Below, piece by piece: positions 48,194 to 58,308 of a DNA stretch of 64,000 bases (positions are counted from its first letter, which is position 1; every line of letters begins with the position of its first letter). The translations under genes were made by a program, and so were the position numbers. Below the pieces are notes generated by a model. That model was given only the letters and a program-made list of their open reading frames with translations, ran no database searches and was not told the DNA's origin. Origin of the DNA: Porphyromonadaceae bacterium UBA2720 (GTDB taxonomy: Bacteria; Bacteroidota; Bacteroidia; Bacteroidales; Muribaculaceae); NCBI GenBank assembly GCA_002353885.1, contig DEKO01000147.1, positions 4,443 to 68,442 of the forward strand, in the 5' to 3' direction.

Positions 48194-49081
48194 ATGAAAC
48201 TCAATGGATTAAATAGGGTTCTAGTGCTTGCTTTGGCGGCTGTAGTGGCAATGACATCGTTCACAGGCGATGCGCAAGCCCGCAAACGCTCGGCTGCCAA
48301 GCGTCAAGCGAAGACCACTCAGGCCATCAAATCTGACGAGAAGGCTTTGCAGAACGGCACCACTACGATGACCGTCATCCACTATGACTCGCCGGCTTAC
48401 TACAAGGTGAGCAAGAGCGAGGCAGGCTACAGCAGTGGCTACTGCGACAACTCATTTGCCATCGACTGGCCCACTGCCACGACAACCGGCAACATCACCC
48501 AGCTGCAGCAGTGGATGCTCAAAACCTTCACCAACAGTGACACCCCAGCCAAGACGGTGAATGCACTCATCAAGCAGCGCAACCAGTGCGAGTACACCAG
48601 CGCACGTCGCGTGAACAAACTGCCCAACAACGATGATGAGGCCAACCTCAGCGATAAGGGCAACATCACAGTCAAACTGCTCACTCCCGACATATTGATG
48701 TTTGACTATCATGGCGAAATGTATACTGGAGGTGGCACCGGCGCAAGCTTCATGTATGGTGATGGCTTCTATTATTACAATTTGTCGCAAGACCGTGAGC
48801 TCAAGTCAACAGATTTGTTCACACCACAGGTGGTCAATGCCATCGTGCAACAGCTGCGGCAAGACGATGAGACGTGGGACTGCCTTTGGGACGAGTTCAA
48901 GGAGAGCCCTCATGCAACCGACAATTTCAGCATCGAGAGGGACAAGGTGGTCTTTGTCTACAGCAAATATGAGATTGCTCCCGGCATGGCTGGCAATGTC
49001 GAGGCTGAGGTGCCCATCGAGCAGGTCTTGCCTTATGCCACGCCTCTGCTCAAAAGCATCGTCGCAGCGATGAACAACTAA
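48194..49081 (+). CDS. Secreted DUF3298/RsiV-like protein
   Basis: Signal peptide; C-terminal NF.I....FVYSKYEIAPG..G...V.VP. Confidence 0.75.
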   Translation: MKLNGLNRVLVLALAAVVAMTSFTGDAQARKRSAAKRQAKTTQAIKSDEKALQNGTTTMTVIHYDSPAYYKVSKSEAGYSSGYCDNSFAIDWPTATTTGNITQLQQWMLKTFTNSDTPAKTVNALIKQRNQCEYTSARRVNKLPNNDDEANLSDKGNITVKLLTPDILMFDYHGEMYTGGGTGASFMYGDGFYYYNLSQDRELKSTDLFTPQVVNAIVQQLRQDDETWDCLWDEFKESPHATDNFSIERDKVVFVYSKYEIAPGMAGNVEAEVPIEQVLPYATPLLKSIVAAMNN

Positions 49082-49115
49082 GCAACTAACAAATATAACC
49101 ATATTAACATAACCT

Positions 49116-50594
49116 ATGATTCATGAAATCAGTGCCGAGCACTTGACCATAGAGCGTGTCGGCGAAATTATTGAGAAAAACTATCAGTTGCGTCTGAGCG
49201 AAGATGCCAAGAACCGCATCGTGCGCTGCCGCCAGTATTTGGACGAGAAGATTGCCAACAGCCCTGTGCCGGTCTACGGCGTGACCACAGGCTTTGGGTC
49301 GCTGTGCAAGGTGAGCGTGAGCCAGGATCAACTGTCACAACTGCAAATCAACCTGATGAAGTCGCATGCCTGCGGTGTGGGCGAGCGCGTGCCCAACGAG
49401 ATTGTGCGCATCATGATCTTGCTGAAGGTGCAGTCGTTGAGCTACGGCTACTCGGGCTGCAAGCTCGACACCGTCGAGCGCTTGATTGACTTTTTCAACG
49501 AGGGTATCTGCCCGGTGGTCTACCGCCAGGGCTCGCTGGGTGCCTCGGGCGACCTGGTGCCGCTGGCACACCTCTGCTTGCCGCTGGTGGGCTTGGGTGA
49601 GGTCGAGATGGACGGCAAGGTTATCACCGGTGCCGAGATGCTCAAGGCCAAGGGCTGGGAACCGATTCACCTGGCCAGCAAAGAGGGTCTGGCGCTGCTC
49701 AACGGCACACAGAACATGGGTGCTTTTGCCGTGTGGGCTCTGCTTCACGCCATTAAGCTGAGCGACTGGGCCGACCGCATCGGCACGATGTCGCTTGAGG
49801 CCTATGACGGCCGCATCGAGCCGTTCACCGAGGCAGTGCATCTGGTGCGTCCCCACAAGGGTCAGCTCGAGACTGCTGCGCGCATCAAGGAGTTGCTACA
49901 GGGCAGCGAACTCATTGCGCAACCCAAGACGCATGTGCAGGATCCCTACTCGTTCCGCTGCATGCCTCAGGTGCATGGCACTGTCAAGGACACCATCCGC
50001 TATGTCAAGAGCGTGATTGACACCGAGATCAACAGCGCCACCGACAATCCCACCGTCTGCCCCGACGACGACCTGATTATCAGCGCCGGCAACTTCCACG
50101 GCGAGCCTATCGCACTGCCCATGGACTTCCTGGCTATGGCCCTGAGCGAGCTGGCCAACATCAGTGAGCGCCGCATCTATCGTCTGGTGAGCGGCACGCG
50201 CGGTCTGCCCGACTTCCTGGTGGCCAACCCGGGTCTGAACAGTGGCTTCATGATCACGCAATACACTGCCGCCAGTGTGGTGAGCCTGAACAAGAGCTTG
50301 GCTATGCCGTCGAGCACCGACAGCATCCCCTCGTGCCAGGATCAGGAAGACCTGGTGAGTATGGGTGCCAACGCCGCCATCAAGCTCTACAAGGTGGTGT
50401 TCAACACCGAGCGTGTGCTGGCTATCGAGCTGTTCAACGCCGCTCAGGCGCTGGAGTTCCGCCGTCCACTCAAGTCGTCGCCCGCCATTGAGCAGCTGCA
50501 CGCCGAATTCCGCAAGGTTGTGCCGTTCATCAGCGATGACGACGTGATGTATCCGCACATCGAACAGGCTATCCAGTTTATACGCAACAACTAA
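49116..50594 (+). CDS. hutH: Histidine ammonia-lyase
   Basis: YGVTTGFG, SH, GASGDL (MIO), QDPYSFRC, GNFHG. Confidence 0.96.
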   Translation: MIHEISAEHLTIERVGEIIEKNYQLRLSEDAKNRIVRCRQYLDEKIANSPVPVYGVTTGFGSLCKVSVSQDQLSQLQINLMKSHACGVGERVPNEIVRIMILLKVQSLSYGYSGCKLDTVERLIDFFNEGICPVVYRQGSLGASGDLVPLAHLCLPLVGLGEVEMDGKVITGAEMLKAKGWEPIHLASKEGLALLNGTQNMGAFAVWALLHAIKLSDWADRIGTMSLEAYDGRIEPFTEAVHLVRPHKGQLETAARIKELLQGSELIAQPKTHVQDPYSFRCMPQVHGTVKDTIRYVKSVIDTEINSATDNPTVCPDDDLIISAGNFHGEPIALPMDFLAMALSELANISERRIYRLVSGTRGLPDFLVANPGLNSGFMITQYTAASVVSLNKSLAMPSSTDSIPSCQDQEDLVSMGANAAIKLYKVVFNTERVLAIELFNAAQALEFRRPLKSSPAIEQLHAEFRKVVPFISDDDVMYPHIEQAIQFIRNN

Positions 50595-50598
50595 TCAG

Positions 50599-51837
50599 AT
50601 GAAACTGTTAGTCAAGAATATAGCCACCCTGGCGGGAGTAGACCGCCAGGGGCTGTTGCGCCGCCAGGGCCGGCAGATGAGCGAGTTGAATGTCATCAAC
50701 GACGCTTATCTGCTGGTCGAGGATGGTGTTATTGCCGATTTTGGCAGTGAGGCCGACCTGGTCATGCCCGAGGGCGAAGTGACTGTCATCGATGCCGAGC
50801 GCGGCACTGTGCTGCCCAGCTGGTGCGACTCGCACACCCACATCGTGTATGCCGGCAGTCGTGAGCAGGAGTTTGTCGACAAAATCAACGGTCTGAGCTA
50901 TGCCGAGATTGCCCGTCGTGGCGGTGGCATCCTCAACAGTGCCGACCGCCTGCACGACATGAGCGAGGATGAGCTCTATGAGCAAGCCATGCAGCGTGTG
51001 CGCGAGGTCATCGCCAAGGGCACAGGTGCCATTGAGATCAAGAGCGGCTATGGCCTGAACACCGAGGATGAATTGAAGATGCTGCGCGTCATCCGCCGCA
51101 TCCAGCAGAACACCCGCTTGCGCGTGGTGAGCACCTTCTTGGGTGCCCATGCCGTGGGGCGCGCTTATGCCGGTCGTCAGGCCGAATATGTGGATATGCT
51201 TATCAACGAGATGCTGCCCGCCGTTGCTGCCGAGCATCTGGCCGACTATGTGGACGTGTTCTGCGACCAGGGCTTCTTCACGCCCGATGAGACGGGGCGC
51301 ATCCTCGAGAAGGCGTTGGACTATGGCATGCGCGGCAAGATTCACGGCCAGGAGCTTGCCGACAGTGGCGGTGTGGAGGTTGCAGTCAAGCACTGCGCCC
51401 TCTCGGTCGACCACCTGGAGGCCATGACCGACCGTGACATCGAGCTGTTGCGCGGTAGCGACACCATGCCCACTGCTCTGCCCGGCACATCGTTCTTTTT
51501 GAACATGCCGTTTGCTCCTGCCCGCAAGATGATTGAGGCTGGCCTGGGTGTGGCCATTGCCAGTGACTACAACCCCGGCTCCACACCCTCGGGCGACATG
51601 AAGTTTGCCGTCTCGTTGGCTTGCATCAAGATGCGCTTGCAGCCCGCCGAGGCCATCAACGCTGCCACCATCAACAGCGCCTACGCCATGGGCGTGAGCG
51701 ACAGTTATGGCAGCATTGCGCCCGGCAAGGTCGCCAACTTCTTCATCACCCGGCCCATCGCAAGCGTGGACTTCATCCCCTACGCCTACACCACGCCCAT
51801 CATCGCCCGCACTTTCCTCGCCGGCGAGGAGCAGTGA
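50599..51837 (+). CDS. hutI: Imidazolonepropionase
   Basis: DSHTH, EIKSGYGL, GAHA, DHLE, SDYNPGS. Confidence 0.95.
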   Translation: MKLLVKNIATLAGVDRQGLLRRQGRQMSELNVINDAYLLVEDGVIADFGSEADLVMPEGEVTVIDAERGTVLPSWCDSHTHIVYAGSREQEFVDKINGLSYAEIARRGGGILNSADRLHDMSEDELYEQAMQRVREVIAKGTGAIEIKSGYGLNTEDELKMLRVIRRIQQNTRLRVVSTFLGAHAVGRAYAGRQAEYVDMLINEMLPAVAAEHLADYVDVFCDQGFFTPDETGRILEKALDYGMRGKIHGQELADSGGVEVAVKHCALSVDHLEAMTDRDIELLRGSDTMPTALPGTSFFLNMPFAPARKMIEAGLGVAIASDYNPGSTPSGDMKFAVSLACIKMRLQPAEAINAATINSAYAMGVSDSYGSIAPGKVANFFITRPIASVDFIPYAYTTPIIARTFLAGEEQ

Positions 51838-51865
51838 TGACTGGCACCAGAGATTGGAGAATATT

Positions 51866-51930
51866 AAACCGCGAATATCGCGAATGCTATGCAACAAATT
51901 GCTGATAAGCATTCACGATATTCGCAGTTT
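51866..51930. repeat. Inverted repeat with 9-nt periodic arms; probable terminator between hutI and glsA
   Basis: aaaccgcgaatatcgcgaatgct ... agcattcacgatattcgcagttt (21/23) followed by a T-run. Confidence 0.8.
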
Positions 51931-51973
51931 TTTTTAAAACATCGAGAGCTGTGTGGCTCAATATGAGTCTCTG

Positions 51974-52888
51974 CTAGAATATACTCTGGCGGGAGTGGGT
52001 GGTGAGCAACTCGAGGCTCTTCATGCCCATGACCGAGTTTCCCTTGGCATTGAGTCGAGGGCTCCAGACAGCCACGCTGTACTGGCCCGGGAACACGGCA
52101 GCGATGCCTCCACCGACGCCGCTCTTGCCGGGCAGGCCCACGAGGTAGGAGAACTCGCCGGCCTCGTCATAGAATCCGCACGTCTGCATGATGGCGTTCA
52201 TGCGCTTGACTTGGGATGAGGTGAGTTGGAAGCCCGCATGGTCGAAGGGCTTCCGGTGGTCGGCAAAGGCCAGGAATGCATGTGCCAGCTGCTGGCAGTT
52301 CATCTCGATGGAGCACATCATGAAGTAGAAGCGCAGCACGCGGTCGATGTCGCCGTGGATGTTACCATGATACTTGAGCAGGTTGGCGATGGCGGTGTTC
52401 AGGTAGGCCACGCTGTGCTCTGATCGTGCCACCTCGAAGTTATAGTCGATGCTTGGGCAGCCACTGAGGTCTCGCGCCAGTCCGATGAATGCCGCCTCGG
52501 GGTTGGGCAGTCGCTCGACCAGTACGTCGGCCATGACCAATGCTCCTGAGTTGATGAACGGGTTGCGTGGCTTGCCCTTCTCGAGCTCGAGCTGGATGAG
52601 CGAGTTGAAGGCAGTTCCGCTGGGCTCCTTGCCCATGCGTGTCCACAAGTTGTCGCCCTCGAGGCTCAGTGCCATGGCTAGGGCAAAGACCTTGGTGATG
52701 CTCTGTAGTGAAAATGGCACAGCCGAGTCTCCCAGGGTGTATTGCTTGTTGTCCAGTGTATTGATGCAGATGCCCCACTGGTCGGGGTTGACCGCAGCCA
52801 GTGCGGGGATGTAATCGGCCTGTTGGCCCTCGGACTTCAGCGGCTCGATGTCGCGCTGAATGCTTTGTAATATCTTTTGGTAATCCAT
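51974..52888 (-). CDS. glsA: Glutaminase
   Basis: ADYIPAL, QSITK, EPSG, NPFINSG, KSGVGGG. Confidence 0.95.
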   Translation of the reverse strand: MDYQKILQSIQRDIEPLKSEGQQADYIPALAAVNPDQWGICINTLDNKQYTLGDSAVPFSLQSITKVFALAMALSLEGDNLWTRMGKEPSGTAFNSLIQLELEKGKPRNPFINSGALVMADVLVERLPNPEAAFIGLARDLSGCPSIDYNFEVARSEHSVAYLNTAIANLLKYHGNIHGDIDRVLRFYFMMCSIEMNCQQLAHAFLAFADHRKPFDHAGFQLTSSQVKRMNAIMQTCGFYDEAGEFSYLVGLPGKSGVGGGIAAVFPGQYSVAVWSPRLNAKGNSVMGMKSLELLTTHSRQSIF

Positions 52889-52893
52889 TTTCT

Positions 52894-52969
52894 TTTAGAC
52901 TTTAGTTTTTAGACGTTAGACTTTAGTCGTGGCAGCGGTAAGCCATAAGCTATTAGCCAATGGCAGCTA
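52894..52969 (-). repeat. Two heptamer tracts at the symporter/glsA junction
   Basis: tttagac-type x5 (52894-52928) and taagcca-type x3 (52939-52959). Confidence 0.85.
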
Positions 52970-53944
52970 GGGGTTTGTAGCCGGTGCGTCCTGCTTAACA
53001 CGGGCATGGTGCCAGATTTCGAAGCTGTTGACGGCGTTTTGCCACAGGATGTAGCACCCAGGCCCCACCGAGCACAGCGGATTGAGGTAGGTGTAGGCAA
53101 TCCACACGGCAAAAGCTGTGTTTTTCTGCCCCAGCCCCTGTCCGGCCTCGAGAGTGACTCCGAATCGCCTGCCTACAGCACGTCCGATAACAAATTGCAC
53201 CACACACAACGCCAGCGAGATGACCGCAATGAGCAGCACAAAACTGATGGTGGTTCCGGCATGCAAGATATACTTGATGGTCGATCCGGTGACGATGGTG
53301 AGCGAGATGCCCCACATATAGAACGACAGGTCGGGTACACTCAGTATCCAGGCATGCAGCCGTTGGCAATAATGCTTGACCACATAGGCCGCCGCCATGG
53401 GTACCAACAGAACCATGCACACCTTATATAGAATGGCAAAGAAAGCCACCCAAAAGCTGATGTGCACGCTTTGGTCAATCATGGGGAACACGAGTGGCAC
53501 CATGAGTGCGGTGACAAAATTGGACACAAATGTGTAGGTTGTCATCGTCTCGAGGTTTCCCCCCAGCTTGGCAGTCACCACTGGTGCAGCAGCAGCGCCT
53601 GGTGCAATGATGCATGTGAGTATGCTCTCCATCAAGACGAGTCTGTTGCCCGTTGCTCCGCTGGCCATCAGTCCGGCAGTGGCCAGTGCCACCATGGCCA
53701 CCTGCAACAAGGTGATCCATGCGTGCCACGCCGATGGTCGCATCTTGTGGAAGTCGACTCGGCAAAAGGTCACAAACAAAATCATGGCCATGAACAGCGG
53801 GAAAATTGCGTCAAAGATTGGGTCAAAAAAGCGCGCCGCGCTGTCCAATGCCGGAATGTAGGCAAAGGTCAGATAGAGCACAGTGCCCGCGACGATGGCG
53901 CTGGGCAAAGTCCAGTTTTTGAGGAATGTGATTGCGCGATTCAT
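52967..53944 (-). CDS. Bile acid:sodium symporter family transporter
   Basis: Multi-TM; AP.A.AAPVVT, GQKNT motifs; promoter TACTTTTG at 53955-53962. Confidence 0.85.
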   Translation of the reverse strand: MNRAITFLKNWTLPSAIVAGTVLYLTFAYIPALDSAARFFDPIFDAIFPLFMAMILFVTFCRVDFHKMRPSAWHAWITLLQVAMVALATAGLMASGATGNRLVLMESILTCIIAPGAAAAPVVTAKLGGNLETMTTYTFVSNFVTALMVPLVFPMIDQSVHISFWVAFFAILYKVCMVLLVPMAAAYVVKHYCQRLHAWILSVPDLSFYMWGISLTIVTGSTIKYILHAGTTISFVLLIAVISLALCVVQFVIGRAVGRRFGVTLEAGQGLGQKNTAFAVWIAYTYLNPLCSVGPGCYILWQNAVNSFEIWHHARVKQDAPATNP

Positions 53945-54009
53945 TTTGCGGCTGCAAAAGTACAACTTTTTCTTGTGATGTCAGTAGTTTCTTAAAAATT
54001 GTTGCAACG

Positions 54010-54041
54010 TTTGGTAGATTGTTCAGAATGATGTAATTTTG
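54010..54041 (+). promoter_or_regulatory. Promoter TTTG-N20-TAATTTTG for rubrerythrin
   Basis: -33 and -7 consensus. Confidence 0.75.
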
Positions 54042-54097
54042 CAAAAAATGAGAGATTCAACTAATAACTAAACAAAAACAAAGAAAATTTACTGATT

Positions 54098-54649
54098 ATG
54101 GCAAAGAAATGGATTTGCACCGTTTGTGGCTATGTACACGAAGGTGATACTCCCCCCGAGAAATGTCCGCAGTGCAAGGTTCCCGCTAGCAAGTTCAAAG
54201 AACTGAACGAGGACGAGGGCCTGAAGTTTGTCGCCGAGCACACCCTGGGTGTGGCCAAGGGCGTGGACCCCGAAATTCTGCAAGGCCTGAAGGATCACTT
54301 CAACGGCGAGTGCAGCGAGGTGGGCATGTATCTGGCCATGTCGCGCCAGGCCGACCGTGAGGGCTATCCCGAGGTGGCCGAGGCCTTCAAGCGCTATGCT
54401 TGGGAAGAGGCCGAGCACGCCGCCAAGTTCGCCGAACTGCTGGGCGAGGTCGTGTGGGACACCAAGACCAACCTGGAGAAACGCATGAACGCCGAGGCTG
54501 GCGCTTGCGAGGACAAGTTCCGCATCGCCAAACTGGCCAAGGCCCAGAATCTGGATGCCATCCACGACACCGTGCACGAGATGGCACGCGACGAGGCACG
54601 TCACGGACAGGGCTTCCAGGGACTCTACAACCGCTACTTCAAGAAGTAA
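54098..54649 (+). CDS. Reverse rubrerythrin (NADH peroxidase)
   Basis: N-terminal CTVCG..CPQC rubredoxin domain followed by ferritin-like EEAEH/DEARH. Confidence 0.93.
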   Translation: MAKKWICTVCGYVHEGDTPPEKCPQCKVPASKFKELNEDEGLKFVAEHTLGVAKGVDPEILQGLKDHFNGECSEVGMYLAMSRQADREGYPEVAEAFKRYAWEEAEHAAKFAELLGEVVWDTKTNLEKRMNAEAGACEDKFRIAKLAKAQNLDAIHDTVHEMARDEARHGQGFQGLYNRYFKK

Positions 54650-54733
54650 GCACTGAGCTATCCAACTACTGGTCCACGTCATTGTTTGGCACACGCCATG
54701 CAATGAGTGGGCCACTTTTGCGTTATATAACTG

Positions 54734-55435
54734 ATGACTAACTACAAGATACTGGCCATTGTGGCCTGTGTGGCGATGGCCATGGGCATGGCCGCACAAA
54801 CCAGCCCCTGGAGCTACGGCATTCAGGCGGGCGTGACGGCACACACCACCACCGGGTCGCTGAGCGACAACTTCAAGGGTTGCGTGGGATTCACTGCAGG
54901 GCTGACCGCCGACTATAACCGTCTGCGCCTCAAGGCCGACGTGACCTATGGGCAGCCGTCGTTCAAAAACCAGAACATGTATCATGTGCTTGACGCCAAG
55001 GGCCGTGACGCACAGCTCAATGCTGTTGCCAATGCGTCGCACCTGGGTGCATCGGCTCAGGTGGGCTATACCATTGCCCGGTTGGGCCGTGTGAGCTTGA
55101 CCCCCGCTGCGGGTCTGTACTATAGCCGCTATAGCTGGCGGCTCAACGACATCGAGTGGGACACCGACGAGCAGGGTGTCGACTACTTCAAGGTCACCGA
55201 CACGCGCCACACAAGCCAGGGTAGGGTGAGCTGGATAGCGTCGATGGATGTGGACATCAGGCTGCACGATGCCTATACCGACGTCCTCGGTCCGCAGCAG
55301 CGGCTGCGGTCGTCGCTTCGCATCACGCCCTGGGTGACGAGCATCAGGCACAAGCGTGTGGTGCCCAGCGTGAGCGGCCTGCAGCTGGGTGTGAATGTCA
55401 CCTACAGTGGCTTGCTGAGCAACATTGTGGATTGA
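54734..55435 (+). CDS. Hypothetical outer-membrane beta-barrel protein
   Basis: Signal peptide and alternating beta-strand pattern. Confidence 0.65.
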   Translation: MTNYKILAIVACVAMAMGMAAQTSPWSYGIQAGVTAHTTTGSLSDNFKGCVGFTAGLTADYNRLRLKADVTYGQPSFKNQNMYHVLDAKGRDAQLNAVANASHLGASAQVGYTIARLGRVSLTPAAGLYYSRYSWRLNDIEWDTDEQGVDYFKVTDTRHTSQGRVSWIASMDVDIRLHDAYTDVLGPQQRLRSSLRITPWVTSIRHKRVVPSVSGLQLGVNVTYSGLLSNIVD

Positions 55436-55522
55436 ATGGCCGCGACACAGTCGCGGCATACAGGACTGCGCAGACCGCACATATTTTTGATTGATCATTA
55501 AAAAAACATTACCTTTGCAGCG

Positions 55523-56161
55523 ATGAAACGGATATTGTTCATATTGATGACCTTGGCTGTGCTGGGTGTTCCCTTGCGCGGCCAGGCGCAAGTGGCCATC
55601 GACCAGATGGAGGTACCCTCGGCACTGCAGAAGGTGTTTGCGGGCTATTACCACTTTGTCGAGCAGCCGTCTAACGACACCCTGATGATGCTTGTTTTCA
55701 ATCCCATCAGGATCTATCCTCGCGAGCGTTTCCGCAACAAGAGCGACGAGGAATTCTACTGGAAGACGGTTCGCGACATCAAGAAGACCTTGCCCTATGC
55801 CAAACTCATCGCCTCGACGCTGCTCGAAACCTATGAGTATATGGGGACCTACAAGAACGAGAAGGCTAAGCAGGCCTACATGGTGCAATTTGAGAAGGAA
55901 ATCTTCAAGCAATATAAGCCTGTGATGAAGAAGATGACCAAGAATCAGGGCAAGATGCTGATCAAGCTCATCAACCGCGAGACCAACCAGGACAGCTATC
56001 ACATCATCAAGGCGTTCTTGGGGTCGTTTCGCGCAGGATTCTGGCAGACGTTCGGCAAGTTCTTCGGCGTAAGCCTCAAGCAAGGCTATCATCCCAACAA
56101 GGACAAGACCGACGCAATGATTGAGCGCATCTGTGTGCGCGTCGAGCAGGGTACTATCTAG
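55523..56161 (+). CDS. DUF4294 family protein
   Basis: KKTLPYAK, QGKMLIKLINRET, AGFWQ; own promoter TTTG-N20-TACCTTTG at 55486-55517. Confidence 0.85.
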   Translation: MKRILFILMTLAVLGVPLRGQAQVAIDQMEVPSALQKVFAGYYHFVEQPSNDTLMMLVFNPIRIYPRERFRNKSDEEFYWKTVRDIKKTLPYAKLIASTLLETYEYMGTYKNEKAKQAYMVQFEKEIFKQYKPVMKKMTKNQGKMLIKLINRETNQDSYHIIKAFLGSFRAGFWQTFGKFFGVSLKQGYHPNKDKTDAMIERICVRVEQGTI

Positions 56162-56191
56162 GTAATGCATAATTCAATTCATAATTTATTG

Positions 56192-57244
56192 ATGAAAATC
56201 AAGATATTGGCTATCGCGGCATTGGCCGCAATCATGGGGGCATGTGGCAGCGATGAACCCAAACCCAGCATCAACGATGACGATGTGGTGCATGTCAAGG
56301 AAGAAGCCGACCGTACTGTGCTAATCGGCACAGAGGATGGCAAGGTGTACAACATGAAGGACGGCAGTGTCTATTCGCCCCTGACGGGCTGCGAGTGGGT
56401 CAACAACATGGCTATGCATGGCGAGGACTACTATGTGGCCGGCTACGGATCCACCTTGGGCGGCTTTTACTGGCACAATGGTGAGCCCGTTTCGCTTGAT
56501 GTCGCCATTCATGAGACCTATGACATTGCCCGCAGCTACGACCATGTGTACGTTCTTGCCGATGCCGGCGAGGTGGGCTATGGCGTGTACCGTGATGGCA
56601 CGTTGGTGGCCCAGACGAGCGAAGCGCAACTATCTGCCCTGGCAGTCTATGCCGACAAGTTCTATGCCGTGGGCAGCAAAAGAGAGACAGTGCCTGCACT
56701 GTTTACCAACAATGGTGTTGTGGAGCTTAGCAATGGAGGTTACCCAACAGTGGCCACAAGCATTGACTTGGTGGCCAACAGCCAGAATGTGACACACTAT
56801 ATCGCGGGCTATCATAGCCAGACCGTCGATGGTGTCGCATTAAGGATACCATGCCTGTGGCGAAATGGCACCTTGTCGACACTGCCGCTGAACTTCACCG
56901 ACAGCGAGAAGAACCGCAATACCTATCGCTCGGGCATGGCCAACGATGTGGCGCATTCTGGTCAGATAATCTATACTGTGGGTTATCGCACCGACGGACA
57001 TAACCGTCGGGCCACCGTGTGGATTACATCGACCAGCGATGACGACCAGGTGAGGACCTACTGGCAGGCCGATGGCAATGTTGAGGCCCAGGCCGTGCGT
57101 GTGCTGGTCTATGGCAGCGACATCTATGTGATGACGCTCGAGCACAACCTCGACACCGATGCCTGGTGCACCCGCGTGTGGATGAATCACACGCTCAAGG
57201 GAACCGTTAACGGCATCATCGGCAACGCATTTGTAGTCATCTAA
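56192..57244 (+). CDS. Hypothetical lipoprotein (beta-propeller-like repeats)
   Basis: Lipobox MGAC; repeated Y(V/I)AGY..W.NG units. Confidence 0.75.
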   Translation: MKIKILAIAALAAIMGACGSDEPKPSINDDDVVHVKEEADRTVLIGTEDGKVYNMKDGSVYSPLTGCEWVNNMAMHGEDYYVAGYGSTLGGFYWHNGEPVSLDVAIHETYDIARSYDHVYVLADAGEVGYGVYRDGTLVAQTSEAQLSALAVYADKFYAVGSKRETVPALFTNNGVVELSNGGYPTVATSIDLVANSQNVTHYIAGYHSQTVDGVALRIPCLWRNGTLSTLPLNFTDSEKNRNTYRSGMANDVAHSGQIIYTVGYRTDGHNRRATVWITSTSDDDQVRTYWQADGNVEAQAVRVLVYGSDIYVMTLEHNLDTDAWCTRVWMNHTLKGTVNGIIGNAFVVI

Positions 57245-57260
57245 ACCAGTAAGCGGAAAA

Positions 57261-58232
57261 ATGAAAATGCTATATGCAATGGTGGGACTAGCCATGATGA
57301 CCATGGCTTGTGGAAGCGGCAACAATGCTGCCACTACAACCGAAAACAATTCAGACCAGACTGCACCCCCTGCCATGACATTCAGCGCCGACAGCGCCTA
57401 TAGCTATGTCAAGCAACAGTGCGACATGGGGCCGCGTGTGCCCGGCACACCCGCTCACGAGCGTTGTGCACAGTGGCTCACCGCCAGTTTGCGGCAGTGG
57501 TGCGACACCGTCGTTGTGCAACAAGCACCAGTCACGACCTTCGACGGCAAGCAACTCAACTGCAAGAACATTGTGGGAACCTTCAACCCCCAGGCCAGCG
57601 ACCGCTTGCTGGTGCTGGCACACTGGGACTGCCGCCCATGGGCCGACAATGACCCCGACCCGTCGCTGCGTCAACAGCCTGTGATGGGTGCCAACGACGC
57701 AGCCAGCGGCACGGCTGTCATCCTCGAACTGGCGCATCTGATGGCTCAGCAGCGTCCCGAGGTGGGCGTTGACCTGCTGCTGGTCGACGTCGAGGACTGG
57801 GGTGAGAACGAGAATGAAGACTCATGGGCGCTGGGCACGCAATACTGGGCCAACAACCCGCATGTGGCTGGCTATCGTGCCAACTGCGGCATCCTCCTTG
57901 ACATGGTCGGCACCCGCGGGGCACGATTCACACAGGAGTACTTCTCGAAGCAATATGCGCAGGGTGTGATTGACATGGTGTGGAAGACGGCCAGTCAGTC
58001 GGGCTTTGGTAGCTACTTTATCAACCAGGACGGTGGAGCCATCACCGATGACCATGTCATGGTCAACCGCCTTGCTGGCATACCCACCATCGACATCATC
58101 GATATGCGGCTCGACAGCGACACGGGATTCTTCGATGGTTGGCACACCACCCACGACACCCTCGACCAGATAGATCCCGCCACGCTGCGCGCCGTGGGCC
58201 AGACCCTGGTCAACCTCATCTACAACTGGTAG
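57261..58232 (+). CDS. M28 family peptidase / glutaminyl cyclase lipoprotein
   Basis: Lipobox TMAC, AHWD, GANDAASG, EDWG, LDMVG, DDH, WHT. Confidence 0.9.
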   Translation: MKMLYAMVGLAMMTMACGSGNNAATTTENNSDQTAPPAMTFSADSAYSYVKQQCDMGPRVPGTPAHERCAQWLTASLRQWCDTVVVQQAPVTTFDGKQLNCKNIVGTFNPQASDRLLVLAHWDCRPWADNDPDPSLRQQPVMGANDAASGTAVILELAHLMAQQRPEVGVDLLLVDVEDWGENENEDSWALGTQYWANNPHVAGYRANCGILLDMVGTRGARFTQEYFSKQYAQGVIDMVWKTASQSGFGSYFINQDGGAITDDHVMVNRLAGIPTIDIIDMRLDSDTGFFDGWHTTHDTLDQIDPATLRAVGQTLVNLIYNW

Positions 58233-58308
58233 GAAATGATACAATCGGGGACGGTTCTCTTTTGTATCAAAAATCGCAACGAATCAATCATTCGCAAAGT
58301 TTGATCGC

